Source: the human T2T-CHM13v2.0 reference genome, Homo sapiens. Taken from it: a stretch of DNA of 64,000 nt. The notes under the pieces are model-generated. The model searched no databases and was not told the DNA's origin. It worked only from the letters and a program-made list of their open reading frames with translations. The stretch lies in NCBI RefSeq assembly GCF_009914755.1, contig NC_060932.1; one strand, 5' to 3'. The position numbers and the translations under genes were made by a program. Shown here in pieces: positions 14,272 to 27,800 of the stretch; within the stretch, counting starts at the first letter, position 1; the number at the start of each line of letters is the position of its first letter.

Positions 14272-14891
14272 GGCTGGACCGAAACATAAATCCAGGACCC
14301 CTGGCTCCACCAAAAGCCTCTACTACACCACAGAGGGGACTGAAGCACCATGAAGAAGGCCTTTGCGTTCAGACAAGAGTGCAGTGAATACCACGGCTCT
14401 TTTCTCTCACCCTGTCCCCCTACCTGTTCCCCCAGAGGCTGCAGTGAAACAAGGTCAACAACGTCAATGAAATGTCACCTCTCACCCTGCACTGAGCCCA
14501 GCTGTGGGGGCCAGTATGCATCTGCGCAGGCCTGGTCCCACCACTGGCCCACGTCATCTATGGGGAAAGGGAGTCAGCACAGTGGGTAGGAGGGTGGCGA
14601 GGAGACAGGTGCGGGTCTCAGAGGAAACAATAGTGTATGGTAGCAGGGGCTGCACTGAGCACATAATAGACATCATCTCATGTAATCCCTGGAGTAACTT
14701 ATCCAGCAGGCATCATCCCATTCCATAAAGGAAGAAACTCAGGCTCAAAGAGGTGAAGTGATGTGCTGAAGGTCACATAGCTAACACATGATAGAGCTGG
14801 GATCTGAGTCCAGGGCTACCTGATCCTGAGAGGCCATGGAACCAAACTACATTTCCAAAAGAAATCCCTGAGCCCCCCTATGAAAAAAGGG

Positions 14892-15317
14892 TGCTACGGA
14901 TTGAATGTCTCCTCCAAAACTCACGTTGAAACTTAATCCCCAGTGTGGCAGTGTTGGGAGCTGGAGCCTTTAATTGGTGATTGGGTCGTGAGGGCTCTGC
15001 CCTCATGAATGGATTAATCCATTCAAGGATTAATGTGTTGATGGATGACTGGGTTCTCATGGGTGGGAAAATGGTGACTTTATAAGAAAAGGAAGAGACA
15101 CCTGAGCTAGCACATGAGTACGCTCAGCTCCCTCGCCATGTGATGCCCAGCACCACCTGAGCACTCTGCAGAGTCCCCAGCAGCAAGAGGGCCCTCGCCA
15201 GACATAGCTCCTTGACCTGGGACTTTGCAGCCTCTACAACTGTTAAGAAATACATTTCTTTATAAATTACCCAGTTTCAAGTATTCTGCTATAAGCAACA
15301 GAAAATGAACTAGTACA
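14892..15317 (+). mobile_element. MST-family (ERVL-MaLR) solo LTR
   Basis: TG...CA ends (tgctacggattgaatgt...aatgaactagtaca), MST motifs gagggctctgccctcatgaatggattaat and tttataaattacccagt; 5-bp TSD-like aaggg/aagag. Confidence 0.85.
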
Positions 15318-15912
15318 AAGAGGAAGAAAATCAGGGCAAGAAATGGAAGCAGCATGTAACACAGCAGGGGGCTGAGCCTAGCCTAGAGCCTTCACGCCTC
15401 CCGGCAGGCACCTCTGCCCACACAGGCGTGTGCAGCTTCCAGGCTGTTCTGTGCTGAGAGGCGTCCTGGGGCCAAACCAACTTCCTAGTCCTGGCTCTAA
15501 TTGTCCACTGTTCTCTCTAATTTCCCCACTATTGTAAATTTTTAAAGGATGTTCTTAGTACACCCAGGGGAGAGGGCAAAATGAACAGAAAGGACCTTTA
15601 TGATCATTAAGGACTAAAGCTTTTCTTCATCTGAAATTCCCAAATTGCCCAGGCTTCTTCCAGCCGCCCCACCAGTTTTCAGGCAGGACCGGGCTGAGGT
15701 TCATCCCTGGCTGGTAGAGGCCTGGTGGCCTGTAACGCAGTGCTCCCGGCTCTGCTCACTCTGGAGCCCCTGGGGCAAGTGCCAGCCTCTGAGCCTTAGT
15801 CTCCCTGTTTGTAAATGATGGAGAAAACCTCACTCACGGGACTGTGGTGAGGAGTGCGTGGCAGCTCTTATGCAAAATGCCTGGGACAGGAGATGCTCAA
15901 CAATCCAATCTG

Positions 15913-16062
15913 ACATGCTGCACCAGGGAGGCACCCTGAGCCTCCATTTCCCCATCTTAGGGCGGCATGGACCTCTCCCATGGCGACCTCACACATTGCT
16001 CTGAGGCTCAGAATCAAAGTGAATCGACATTTGTAAACGTGTCTGGCACACCATAAATCCCT
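15913..16062 (-). repeat. Right arm of 150-bp inverted duplication
   Basis: Reverse complement of 14122-14271; also visible as near-identical spurious ORFs 14089+ and 15868-. Confidence 0.92.
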
Positions 16063-17571
16063 CTTCTCTGTCCTGTGCCTCTCCAATTCCAGAACCCTCC
16101 CTACCCTTAGGGCCCACCTAGAACAGTGTCAAGGGCAGTTCGTGCCCTGGGAAGGGCATTGTTTCCAGACTGCAGGGACTTCTCCCCGCTCAGCCTTGTA
16201 CCATCAGAACCTCTCCCCCAGGGCTCTGCTCCTGGGTGCCCCGTTGGTCACCTACCCAAACAAAGGCCCCCAAGCCATCTCAAAACCCTTACCTGGGGCT
16301 AGGGCTGCCGACCCTCAGACAGAAGGGAGGAGCCCACCTGCTGCCCACTTCCCCACCCCAAGTCACTCTGTTCTTTGCTCTTGGGCCCCTGTTCTGCCTG
16401 TGGCCCTCCCTTCGCTCATTTGCCCCATGAAAGTCCTGCATAGCTACCTGGTGGAATCTCCTCTGGCAACAGATAAAATACAGCTAATCCCCCTGGGCCT
16501 GACCCCATCTCACGGCCAGGGGGGCCCAGATGTCTTTCCCGGCTCAGCTATCTGAGTCTAGGGACACGGCTGACTGTGCTCAGGTCATCAGGAGATAGAT
16601 AGGACATTTCCACCTAGAAAAGTGGCTGGGCTACAGGGAAGCCTCCAGAGAACCAAACTGTGAAACCCTCTGCAGAAACACCAAGCCTTTCCTTCCTGCC
16701 ACTCAGGCTGGCTCAGAGAGGAGGAAGAGGCCACAGAAGGAGCCCGAGTGTAAAATGGAAACCCATAGCCGCCATGATGGTGCCCACCTGGTCCCGACAG
16801 CTTTCACCTGTGAGGAGCCAGGAGGCAGCCTCTGCAGGATCAGGGGGTCTCCAGGCTGAAGGGCGCTGGTGGAGTGCAAGGAGAAAGGCTTGTTTTCTCC
16901 TCACACCACTGGAATCATTTCCATGTGTCTCTAGCCCATGAAAGGGGCAGAACAAATTTATTAATGAACCGGATCCTGGATCAAAGAGGAGCTACTCATT
17001 CACAATGACCTCTTGGGTAAAGAAGAGGAAGAAAGGGGATATGTATGCTTGCAACTGACTGTCTGCAGGGGATCCAAAATAGATGAGCTGATTAAATAAT
17101 TTCCAGATAATAAAGATTCTCACTTCAAAAGAAATGCTAAGCTTGTTTCTCAGCAAAATATTTTTGAGTTCAATGTAGAAAGGCACAGTGTAGGGTGGAA
17201 GTTCCCAGGTGCAACAAGAAGAAGCAGTCAAATAAACTGTGCTAAGTGTCCAGTAATGGCGTTCTCTTGGGGTTGAACACAACGTTGAGTTGAGGCATTT
17301 ACAAACCAAACAATTTTCCACACAGACAGCATGAAAAGCTGTCCATGCATAGTCGTGGTGAGTGGGGTGAACGCAAGGGGTTCACCACACCCTGTTCTCT
17401 TTTGCCATCCCAAGCCACTCTCAGTTCTGGAAACAGTTGCAGAGCACACACCCCGCCAGACACAGTCAATTGCCATTTCGGAAGACGGCCCACTCTACAC
17501 CAAGTGCAAGTCAAGATGTAGGCCAAGATCCGCCTGCTGCACCTGTTTCAACGGGCGATGAGCCCTTCTCA

Positions 17572-17964
<393 letters not shown>

Positions 17965-19146
17965 CTAGACAGAGACCCTCAGATGGGAAACCTCCTACAG
18001 CAGATGTCTCCCCTCTTCTGAAGGGACTGTCTAACCAACCACTATGACATCACCCTGGGTATGTGGACATCAGGGGCATATAAAACAGCAAGTGCTTGTC
18101 CTCCTACCCCTCAAATCTGGTAAATTAAACTACTGTTATGTAAGAAAGGGAAATCCACTGGGATAATTTTAATCCAACAACTATTCTTGCTGGGGAAAAT
18201 AAAGAGAAATGGAAGGTTATTTTTCCTTAATAAAATATGCAAACTGGTTCACTGTTCAATACAACCCATGAGTTCTTTGACACGCGTCAGTTTCATGCTG
18301 GTTTCACGTCGGTCCTGTTATCCTTCTTGATGTAATTACACATATTATTATGAACGAACTCACTTAAGCAAGCTCATAATCGAGGAAGCCATAAAGTCTC
18401 TCAGCAAGTATCAGTGGGTGAAGAAATTAGGTTTAAAAATGTAGAAAACAGAAATCTCCCTTGCGCTAGTATTAAACAGCCAATGTGATTCTCAGATCTG
18501 TAAACCTCTTTCCCTTTTCCTACATAAGTTAAAGCCACCACATTTAAGTTGCAATAAAAGGGGAAAATTTTAGTTTCTGACATTCTCTAGTGACTGCAAA
18601 AGTGGAGAAAATACCCCACCTTCCTTCTTCCTTTCATAAATTAATTCCATTCAACAAACACATCCAGTTCATCTGAAGCACACCATGCACAGCAGGTGGT
18701 GTGGCCTTGAGGATGAAGGAAGGGTGGGCCACGCACCCTGAAGCTGAGAGGTTCCCATTCTGGTGAAGGCAGCAACGTAGAACCTGAGAATCGCATTGGC
18801 CAACCCCAGGGACAGTCCTATGGGAACAAAGCTCCTGCAGTCTGAGGTAGAATGGAGCAGAGGCTGAGCATTGCGAGAGAGAGGGAGCAGGACGAAATGG
18901 AGGCCCCTGGGTCTCTCCTGCTGGCTCATGGGGGAGTCGGGCTCAGAGGTGCTCAGCAGAGCGGGCATATCCCCCTCATCAATGGTCCAATGCAATAGCC
19001 ACAGAGGGCTGTCCAGACAAGAAGGCTGCCCAAGAGAGCCCGCCGGTCACACCACCACAGCCACCAGCAGCAGGACAGGCTAAGGTCAGCAACATGCTGC
19101 CCTGGGGGCTCGGGAACCTCTACCCACTCCTGTGTCCTATTTTAGC

Positions 19147-19452
<306 letters not shown>

Positions 19453-20859
19453 CTAGTTTAGCTATTTTGGACTTCTTTCAATTCTTCCCAAATACTGTGT
19501 GCTCTCTCTGAATTCCAAGCCTCCCCTCCCACACTCTGCGTGTTCTGCCTGGAAATGTCTTTCCCTGCCCTCTTCTCTTCCCTGACTTTATATCTCAACC
19601 TGACCTTGCTTCTCCTGCAGGAACCCTCCAGAAAGTGTGCATGCATCCCATGACAACCTGTGCTAGACACGGTCATCTTCCTGTTACTTGGCTTCAGCCC
19701 TAGCCTGTGAGCTCCATGAAGGCAGAGACCTGGTCTTAGGGCCTAGAACAGTGTTTGGTTCACAGAAGTTGCTCAATATATATTGCCTGATGAATAAATG
19801 AACACTAAATGAGCAAATGTCCCAGGTAGGAGTGCAGAGGCCACGCCTCATTCAGCAGCACAGCCCGTAGCCCCTCCACACGCAGCACAGTGCAGTGGCT
19901 ATGAGACTCAGCAAACCTTCCTGCACCTGACACCCGTGGGCCTGCTGATGGCTTCTGCACATTCTCAGGGTTCACTGCTCAGGGTCTTCTTGCTCCTGGC
20001 TCCAGTCCGCACATGCTGCTTGCTTCATTCCACAGCACCCCAAATGTCTAACTCATCCCGTCCTCCCTCAGTAGAGAATCCGAGGGCTTGGGAGCTGTGG
20101 CTGAAGCTCTGAGGCCGGCAGAGATGCCCTGGCCCTGAGTAAACAGCTCCTGCCCTCACTGGCTCTGCTCCCTCTCTTCTCTTCGTGGAGCTTGGTGCCG
20201 AAAAGGGCAGGTTCTGGAGACTCGGCCCAACTTTGAATCCTGGCACCCCCACGAATGAGCTTTGGTTAATTTACTTAAAGTCCCTGGCCTCACTTTCTTC
20301 ATCTGTAAGATGAGCATGCTAGCAGTGCTAACTTCACAGGGCCGTCATGAGGAGTGCACGGAATCATACCCCTGGCCTGTGGGTAGCATTAAGTAAGTGT
20401 CACCTACTGTTAGCATCAGCCTCATCCCCATTCTTCTCCTCTCTCCTGTTCCTCCTCCCTCTCGGAGGAGATGCAGAAACTTCTCTCCTTGCCCCAGGAA
20501 TTCACCCACCATTTCTGTTGCCTCGAACTCCCTTGGGGGTCTTACTCTCGCGCAAGCAATTTATCAAAGTGTTTCCTGCAAAGATAATTCCCTCCCTTAG
20601 AAGAATTCTCCAAACGAAATTTTCTCCATCTCATTACACACACAGCCTATGTTTGCTGAACTGATATTGTTACTGACAAATACTCTGCAATGAACTTTTA
20701 ATTATCTCATTTTGCCCTGTGACAATCCTGGAAGTTCGGATTCTAGCATTCACCTCATTCATTCAATAGTTAACAGGCAGCTATCTGAGCTAGGGTTTAG
20801 GGTTATGGAGCTGACTGTGACCCAACAGACAGTCTTTTCAGAACATGCTGACCTCCAGC

Positions 20860-21560
20860 AATCATACTTCCAGGTTTATACCCAAAAGAACTGAAAGCAG
20901 GGACTCAGACAGATATTTGCAAACCCACGTTCACTGCAGTGATCTTCACAATAGCCAAAGGGTGGAAGCAACCAAAAGTCTGCCAACAGATGAATGAATC
21001 AACAAAATGTGGTCTATCCGCAAAATGGAATGTTATTCGGCCCTTAAAGAAAAGGACATTTTTGACACATGCTACAACATGGATGAACCTTGAGGACATT
21101 ATGCCAAGGGGAATAAGCCAGGTACAACAGGACAAACACCTATGATTCCACCGATCTGAGGCACCTACACTGGTCAAATCCACAGAGACAGAATGGATGT
21201 GGGCGGGGCAGGGAAATGGAGACCCCTTCGCTTCAGCCATAGTGAAAGCAGGTGGCCTAACCACGGAGCTGAACAGTTGTCCCTTCTCGGGAGCCAGTCC
21301 CCAGGCACAGACAGCCACAGATATTTTCTAACCTCACTTGGGGCCTGAATCGCCTGAACTAGGTGCTTGCTGGGTTATGAGAACAAACGTTTCCAGGAGT
21401 GCTCAGTCCCTGAGGGAGACAAGGAATGGGAGGGAGTGTTTCATGGGTGCCCAGTTTCAGTTTGGGAAGGTGAAAAAGTTCGGGAAGCAGATGGTGGCAA
21501 TGGCTGCATGATAATTTGAAAATGTTTCACACTCCTGAGCTGGACACTGAAGCACAGTTA
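20860..21560 (+). mobile_element. L1M (L1MA/MB-like) 3' end interrupted at 21199-21423 by an inverted copy of nearby DNA
   Basis: acatgctacaacatggatgaaccttgaggacattatg ... cagtttcagtttgggaaggtgaaaaagttc; L1 sequence resumes at ~21424. Confidence 0.8.
21199..21423 (+). repeat. Left arm of ~225-bp inverted duplication
   Basis: Matches the reverse complement of 22568-22674 plus 22829-22941, with 11 substitutions and 2 small indels by manual alignment. Confidence 0.92.
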
Positions 21561-22567
21561 CGAAGGTAGATTTTCTTAAAATGCCGACCCAGGAAGGAGG
21601 CTATAATTAGGAAGCAGAGCGACGCTAAGGAAGCCCGGAGGAAGCCATAATCAGGAACAGAGAACTGAGAAATCTCGCAGGGTAGCGGCATCTGAGCAGA
21701 GGGCCACAGCAGGAGCTCAGGAAGCACTGGACAAGGACAGCCCCCCTGCGGCCCCCTCGTCCTTCCTAAGGCAATTTTGCAGGCAGCTTCCTCCAATCAA
21801 GCATGCAGCCGCCCTGTGTGTTCATTCATTTTGCGTCAGTGGCCATTTCCTCCCTCAGCAGTCAGGCTGCATCTCCATGAGGGGTGCTCCTTCTAGGGGA
21901 GTAGGCACAGGAAGCAACAGCTGGGGATCGGGGTCCTGCCTTCCTGCATCTCCCACGATGAGGACGGAGGCCGCCGCCCCGGGCCTGTTTTGAGCGCCAG
22001 CAGCAGCGAGGCACCCCTCAAGGAAGCAGCGCCCTGCAGCTCCTTTATCTTTTTGCAAAAGCGAATCCGACTCTCCCTCAACGAGCCAGCACACGTGGAA
22101 CCCAGTGGGTTTGGATGTCCGGGGTGTTTGGGACCTCAGGCATGACCTGTGTGGTCCCTTCCCAAGCCCTAAGCCGTAACAGGGAGGTCAGGCCCTACGG
22201 GCATCTGGCCATTCGTGCTCTCCGTTCCGAGCACCCCATCAGGGCTAAGGAGGTGCCCTGCTCCAGGCCCAGGGACATTTGCAGAGGTTGAGCTTGCTCC
22301 CTACCACTGCACTCTTCTCAGGAGAAACAGCCAGGCCCAAGGACACCATGTCCGCCTGCCCAGGGCAGTCCATGGCCAGCCAAGCCCCAGACTTGAGGTG
22401 AAACCAGGTTCCTAGGCATCTCCTGGGAGGACCTTAGGCTCTGGATATGTGGCAGGCTCACAGGTGGAGAGAGGGCTGGCCTGGCTGGGCGACGAGGGGT
22501 CAAAGGCCATTGTGAGGGACCCCTTCCCGGTCTGTTTTCTCAGTTTTCAAATACGGGAAGGCGAAGG

Positions 22568-22941
22568 CTTGTCTCCCTCAGGGACTGAGCACTCCTGGAA
22601 ACATCTGTTCTCATAACCCAGCACCTAGTTCAGGCGATTCAGGCCCCAAGTGAGGTTAGAAAATATCTGTGGCTAGATGATGAGTTAGTGGGTGCAGCAC
22701 ACCAGCATGGCACATGTATACGTATGTAACTAACCTGCACAATGTGCACATGTACCCTAAAACTTAAAGTATAATAAAAAATAAAAAAATTTAAAAATTT
22801 AAAAAAAAAAAAGAAAATATCTGTGGCTGTCTGTGCCTGGGGACTGGCTCTCAAGAAGGGCAGCTGTTCAGCTCCGTGATTAGGCCACCTGCTTTCACTA
22901 TGGCTGAAGCGAATGGGTCTCCATTCCCCTACCCTGTCCAC
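22568..22941 (-). repeat. Right arm of ~225-bp inverted duplication, split by an L1 insertion
   Basis: Reverse complement of 21199-21423 apart from the L1 and its TSD. Confidence 0.92.
22675..22811 (+). mobile_element. Severely 5'-truncated young L1 (L1PA2-like), 137 bp with poly(A)
   Basis: agatgatGAGttagtgggtgcagc...aaaacttaAagtataata carries GAG and A diagnostics (not L1HS-Ta ACA/G). Perfect 17-bp TSD AGAAAATATCTGTGGCT at 22658-22674 and 22812-22828; TT|AGAA endonuclease site. Confidence 0.93.
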
Positions 22942-24640
22942 GGCCAAATGCCTGAGTAAACGGCAACCCACGCTCAGCTTCCCAGAAATTTTATTTTCTT
23001 AAGAGGAGTTGCTTAGTATTAAGAACTCATTGGCTGGGAAGGTTTGTGTCTTTATGAGCAGGGCATTGCAGGGTTTCATTGCCACAGATAATGAGTGAAT
23101 TGTTTTTCTTCCTTTGAACCCACAGATTTGAATATCCTCATTTTAATGCTCAAGGCACCATATTAAATTACTTGTCAAGGTGAGGAATGTGAGAGTAAGG
23201 GAATCTCATCAGCAAAGATTAAAGAACTTTTCTGAAGGAAGGGGAGGAAGCAAAGCATGCATCTGGCACGTCGGAGAGGCCCAGGGACACCTGTCCAGTG
23301 GTGAAGGGGCAGGTGCTCAGCCCAGGAGCCTGCACTTCACCCTCCCTACAGTCTTGCTGGGTGAGGGCTGGAGCTAGGATGCAATCCCAGGGCTATGTGG
23401 TTCCCACGCCTATGCTTCCTCATGCACGTGCTCATCCACTCAGGCTGGGCCCTGGGCTGGATGCAGGGTCCCGAACCCAGCTCAGCGGCACATGCGGCAC
23501 CCTCCTGGAGCTCCTGGTCTGGTGGCCACGGGCCAGGTGGGATTGGCTGCACCCTGCTCCCCGCTGGGGCTCCCTGAATCCATGAGTTATCATCAAACTC
23601 GGGGCTTGACATCTTTCAAGAGGGCAAGCAAAAAATGCAGAGTCCACCATAACCCCATGGATCTGCACACTTGTGGGGGTGGGCAGACCAACAGCCAAGA
23701 GCTCCCATCTCCAGGGTGCGTGCTGCAGGCAGGGCCCGCTCTAAGCAGCTTACACGTGCTCAGCGATTTAACGTTCATCATGGCATTACAAGGTAGGCAT
23801 TATCTAATTTACAGAGAAGGAAAGAGGCACAAAAAGGTCAAGAAACTGGCCAAGGCCACACACCACATGGCAGCCCACTCTGCCCCCAGAGGCTGCGTTC
23901 TCAGCCACTGCCAAAGGCCTCCAAGTTACAGAAACTGGGCAACAATACCAGGCCCCGAATGTCATGTTTCTGCATGAATATGTGCATGCACACCAGTGTG
24001 AATGGGCACATACCCATACATGGGCCGCCACAAGCACATGCGCCGCAGCACCCCGAGTCCCGCACAAAGGCAAGGCTGCTAAGAAGCTTCAGGGCCCCGC
24101 TCCTTCCTGGCCAGGGAAATCTCCTGCACTGCTGTGCTGCTCTGGCCCCCACCCCGGCATGGAGCCCTCTCTCCCCATGTAGTACCCAAGGGACACCACG
24201 ATGGCTCATACCAGGCCCCTCCTAGGAGAAGGTCAGGGTAGAGGGAGGGGAGCACCAAGGTGGCCCTGAGACTCCAGCTGCCTCTCTCTGGAGAGGAGGT
24301 GAAGGAGAACCTCCTGCAGATGAACTGATGACAGTCTAGCTCTCAGGACTGTCTGCCCTCAAGAATCTCAGAGGCAGAGGTCCTAGGGCCCCACTAGGAT
24401 AAAGAGACACAGGAGAAAATGTGGAGACAGAGGAAGACAAAGAATAGGCCAGAGGGCTGGCCCTGTGAGCATTACGATGATGACGTCTGCCAGTCACGGG
24501 TAACACGCACCACAGGTTTGGGACAGGCACCCACGGTTTATTTTCTTGGAAACTGTACAGTGTATTCCAAAACTGCTCAATTCCAGGGCTCCTAAGGTTG
24601 CCCCAGCCTGACCCACAACTGCTCCAAAACCACTCTGGCT

Positions 24641-24815
24641 TTCCTCCGCTATAGAAGCACACAGCAGCTTGGGTACTCCTCCACTATAGAAGCGCATCGA
24701 GGCACAGGCACTCCTCCACTGTGGAAGCTATACCATGGTGTGGGCATCCCTCCACTGTAGAAGCGTGTCAAGCCACAGGCACTCCTCTGCTGTAGAAGCT
24801 GCACCATCACTGGCA
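24641..24815 (+). repeat. Degenerate 35-36-bp minisatellite, 5 units
   Basis: Units start at 24641, 24676, 24711, 24747 and 24782, with conserved CTCCTCCACTRTAGAAGC...GGCA. Confidence 0.85.
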
Positions 24816-27800
24816 CCCAGTCGTCTATCAGCCAGGGGGAGGGGCCCTGGGTGCAGTGTTCACAGCCTCAGTCCACAACGACACCTACTCTGGACAGAGG
24901 GAGTCCCCAGTGCCCGTTCTGCAGGTGGTCAGGAGGATGAAAAGATAGAGGGGAAGGCTTTCAACCTTACTGATGCTACAGGCCCTGTGGGAGTTAAACT
25001 CACTCTGCCCTCTAAGGATTTACAAACCAAGACGTGCCGTGTTTCTCGTAGCCCTGGTGAGGGGCTCCTTCCTCTGTGCCCCACAGCCCTGGCGAGATGC
25101 CTCTCCTGTGGAGCTTCAGGGGCTCCATGCTAACTGTCCATTTCCATGTCTGTTTTCATAGTGGACTTGGAGATCCACATCCTCACGGCGTGCCGCAGAC
25201 CTGGACGCACCCTGCTCTCTCCTTTTCAGGCTCTGTGCCCAGCTCTTCCTGGAATGTCCCTCCCCTTCTTCTACCTGGCAGACTCCTCTCTTTCAGACCC
25301 AACACAACCATGCCCCTCAGGGGAGCCAACTGAGCACAGCCACATGCCCAACCTGCCCTGGCGGTCTGCACAATGCTCTTTCGAGCGTGATCCAGCAATG
25401 CTGCAGTTGGCACTTGCATGTCTCTTTCCCTTGAGGAACCGTGAACACCTTTCTTTGAAGCTCTCATGTCTCATGCAACTCCTCGGACCAAAAGTAGCTC
25501 CATAAACATGGATTAAATAATGTAATGAAAACATGCATGGCAAGTCTGCATGAATGTAGGCATAAAGAAAATGACGGTATTCATCAAAAGCTGCCCTTCA
25601 CCAGCAGTGCACCCACAACTCATCTTCAGCATGAGGAACAGAGTGGCTCCCTGACGATCTACTCTGGCACACCAGGAGGTAACTGATGCTGGCCCTTGGC
25701 ACAAAGTCGGCACACACAGCCAGTACCGTCTAACATGTGAGGGGACCGAGCCTCGGGAAGGTCAAACAACTTGCTGGCTTTGAGTGACAGGCAGGATGCT
25801 AGCCCCAACCTGGGATGTCACGTAGCACCACGTGATGCTCACAGAGCGGAACTCCTCCCTGCCCACAGGGGCACGGGGCAGATGCAAGCCTGCTCCCAGA
25901 TAACTCCGACCAGTCCTGTGAATTCTTCTGTGGCAACCGCTTGGCACCAGCATCCCTGCCCACAGCCACCCTGCAGCTGCCTCAATTCCTGTTACTCCAT
26001 CGGCCACACCAGCCCTGCGTGCTGTGACACTGCTGGCAGGAAAACACAGCCAGTGCCCTTTATGAGAATTCTTAGAGGTTTCGGGCAACTAATTTTGATT
26101 TAGGGTAAGTTTCTAGAAGGTCTCAGGCTAACTCAGGGCAGCCCCCTGCACTTTCTACCTGTCGAGTCCCGGCACCAACAAGACCCTCACCGAGCAGTGT
26201 GCAAAGCTGTTTCCCTCCTTGCGGGGAGGCCCAGGAGAGAGCCAATGCCAACCCCCAACGAGACCACTGGTCACCGCGCACGACTGGGTGATCCTGGGGG
26301 GGTGCTGTCCTTTCCAGGAGGGGTCAGCTCTGCTGAGTCAGTTTGCCCCAAGCCCCCACCTCACCAGTGGCCTGGGCTCAGCCCCACTGCTGCGGTGCCC
26401 TGAGTGCGCCACTCCTCCTAGGAAACGCCATCCCCTGCGGAGTGTGAGGGGACTGGACCCCGGGAACTGGAGTGCCTGCAGCGGAGGGAGGGGGGGGCTG
26501 CTGCTTCTCTTTCCCTTGCAGCCCCCACAGAACAGAGCAACTTCCTCTTCAGTAAAAAAGACATCAGATCTCACTTCCTCCACTCCTGACCAGACCCCTG
26601 TGAGCCATGCTGTGACTCACTCTAATCAAAGGCAGAGGAGAGTGGAAACGTGTGTGCCGTGCTGGCAAGATGAGCTCAGTTTCACTGTTTCTGGTTTCGG
26701 CGTTCAGCTGTCATCTCACGGCCCTCATGGCTCATGGGCACACGAAGTCACGCTCAGAGCAGTGACCAGTCCTCACTGAAGAAAACGCTCCCACTGGCCA
26801 ATTCTAAATCTCAGAGTCGTCCAACTGGGTCCCAGAGTGGAAGGGGGAAGGGAAGACACGTTGGGACATGCCTGAGCCATGTTGGGCACTACGACAAGGG
26901 CTGTGCCTGTTCCCTTCAACTAGGTGGGGCCAGGACAGTTGCCACTCTTACTCAGGGAAAGAACCAGAAACCGGAGGGCTCAACCACACGTCCCGGGCTA
27001 CTCGGGGACAGAACGGCCACCCCCGGAGCCACTTTAACTCCAGAGGCCAGGCTCTTTCCTGCAAAACGACATCTCCAGAGGAAAAGGACCTGCTCAAGAG
27101 CCCGTCTGCCAGACTGGTAACAATATGGAAGTGGAAAAGCATCCCTGTTGACGAGGCGGGGGGCACACAGGCATGCTCCCGCTTTGCGGTAATATTCTGC
27201 AGCAGGAAAGAGGAGAGAGAACATTGCCTATGAAATAATATGAGAAGTTTCCCAAGATATGCAGTAAGTGAAAAAAGCAAGATGCAAAATGTATACATAC
27301 CTTTTGTGTAAAAAAAAATTGCGGTAAAAAGGGTGTTTGCATGTACTTATTATTTCAGAAATAAATTTTGTAAGTTTCTATAAGAAACAAATAAAAGTGG
27401 GTGCTCTGGGAGGTGGAGAAGGAAAAGGGAAGATGGGAATGTCTATTTTTTAAAACGATTTTGAACCATGTGCACCTACTTAAAGTAATACAAAAATTAG
27501 CATAACAAAAGTAAACAATAATGTGCCCTTGGTAACATCATGAACAAAATTAAATGTTGAGAGTTCACTATGGGCCTGGGACGCTGGGACACAGCTGCAC
27601 TTGAGTGTGGGCCTCACCCCGGTCAGAACTGAGAGGCTCTAGGGAGGCAAGTCACTGATACACTTGGGCTCAAAACACACATTTTTGTTTTTCTTTCTTT
27701 CTGCTTTCCCTCCTGATTCTCTTTGGAGTTTATTTTCACTTTCTTGAAATAAAGACCTACATTTTGGCATATTACTTTCATTAAAAAGTCTCACACCAGG

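Noticed and set aside
24641-24815. CRISPR-like repeat/spacer array
   Set aside because: Human intron, no cas genes, and the linkers are short and related to each other; it is a minisatellite.
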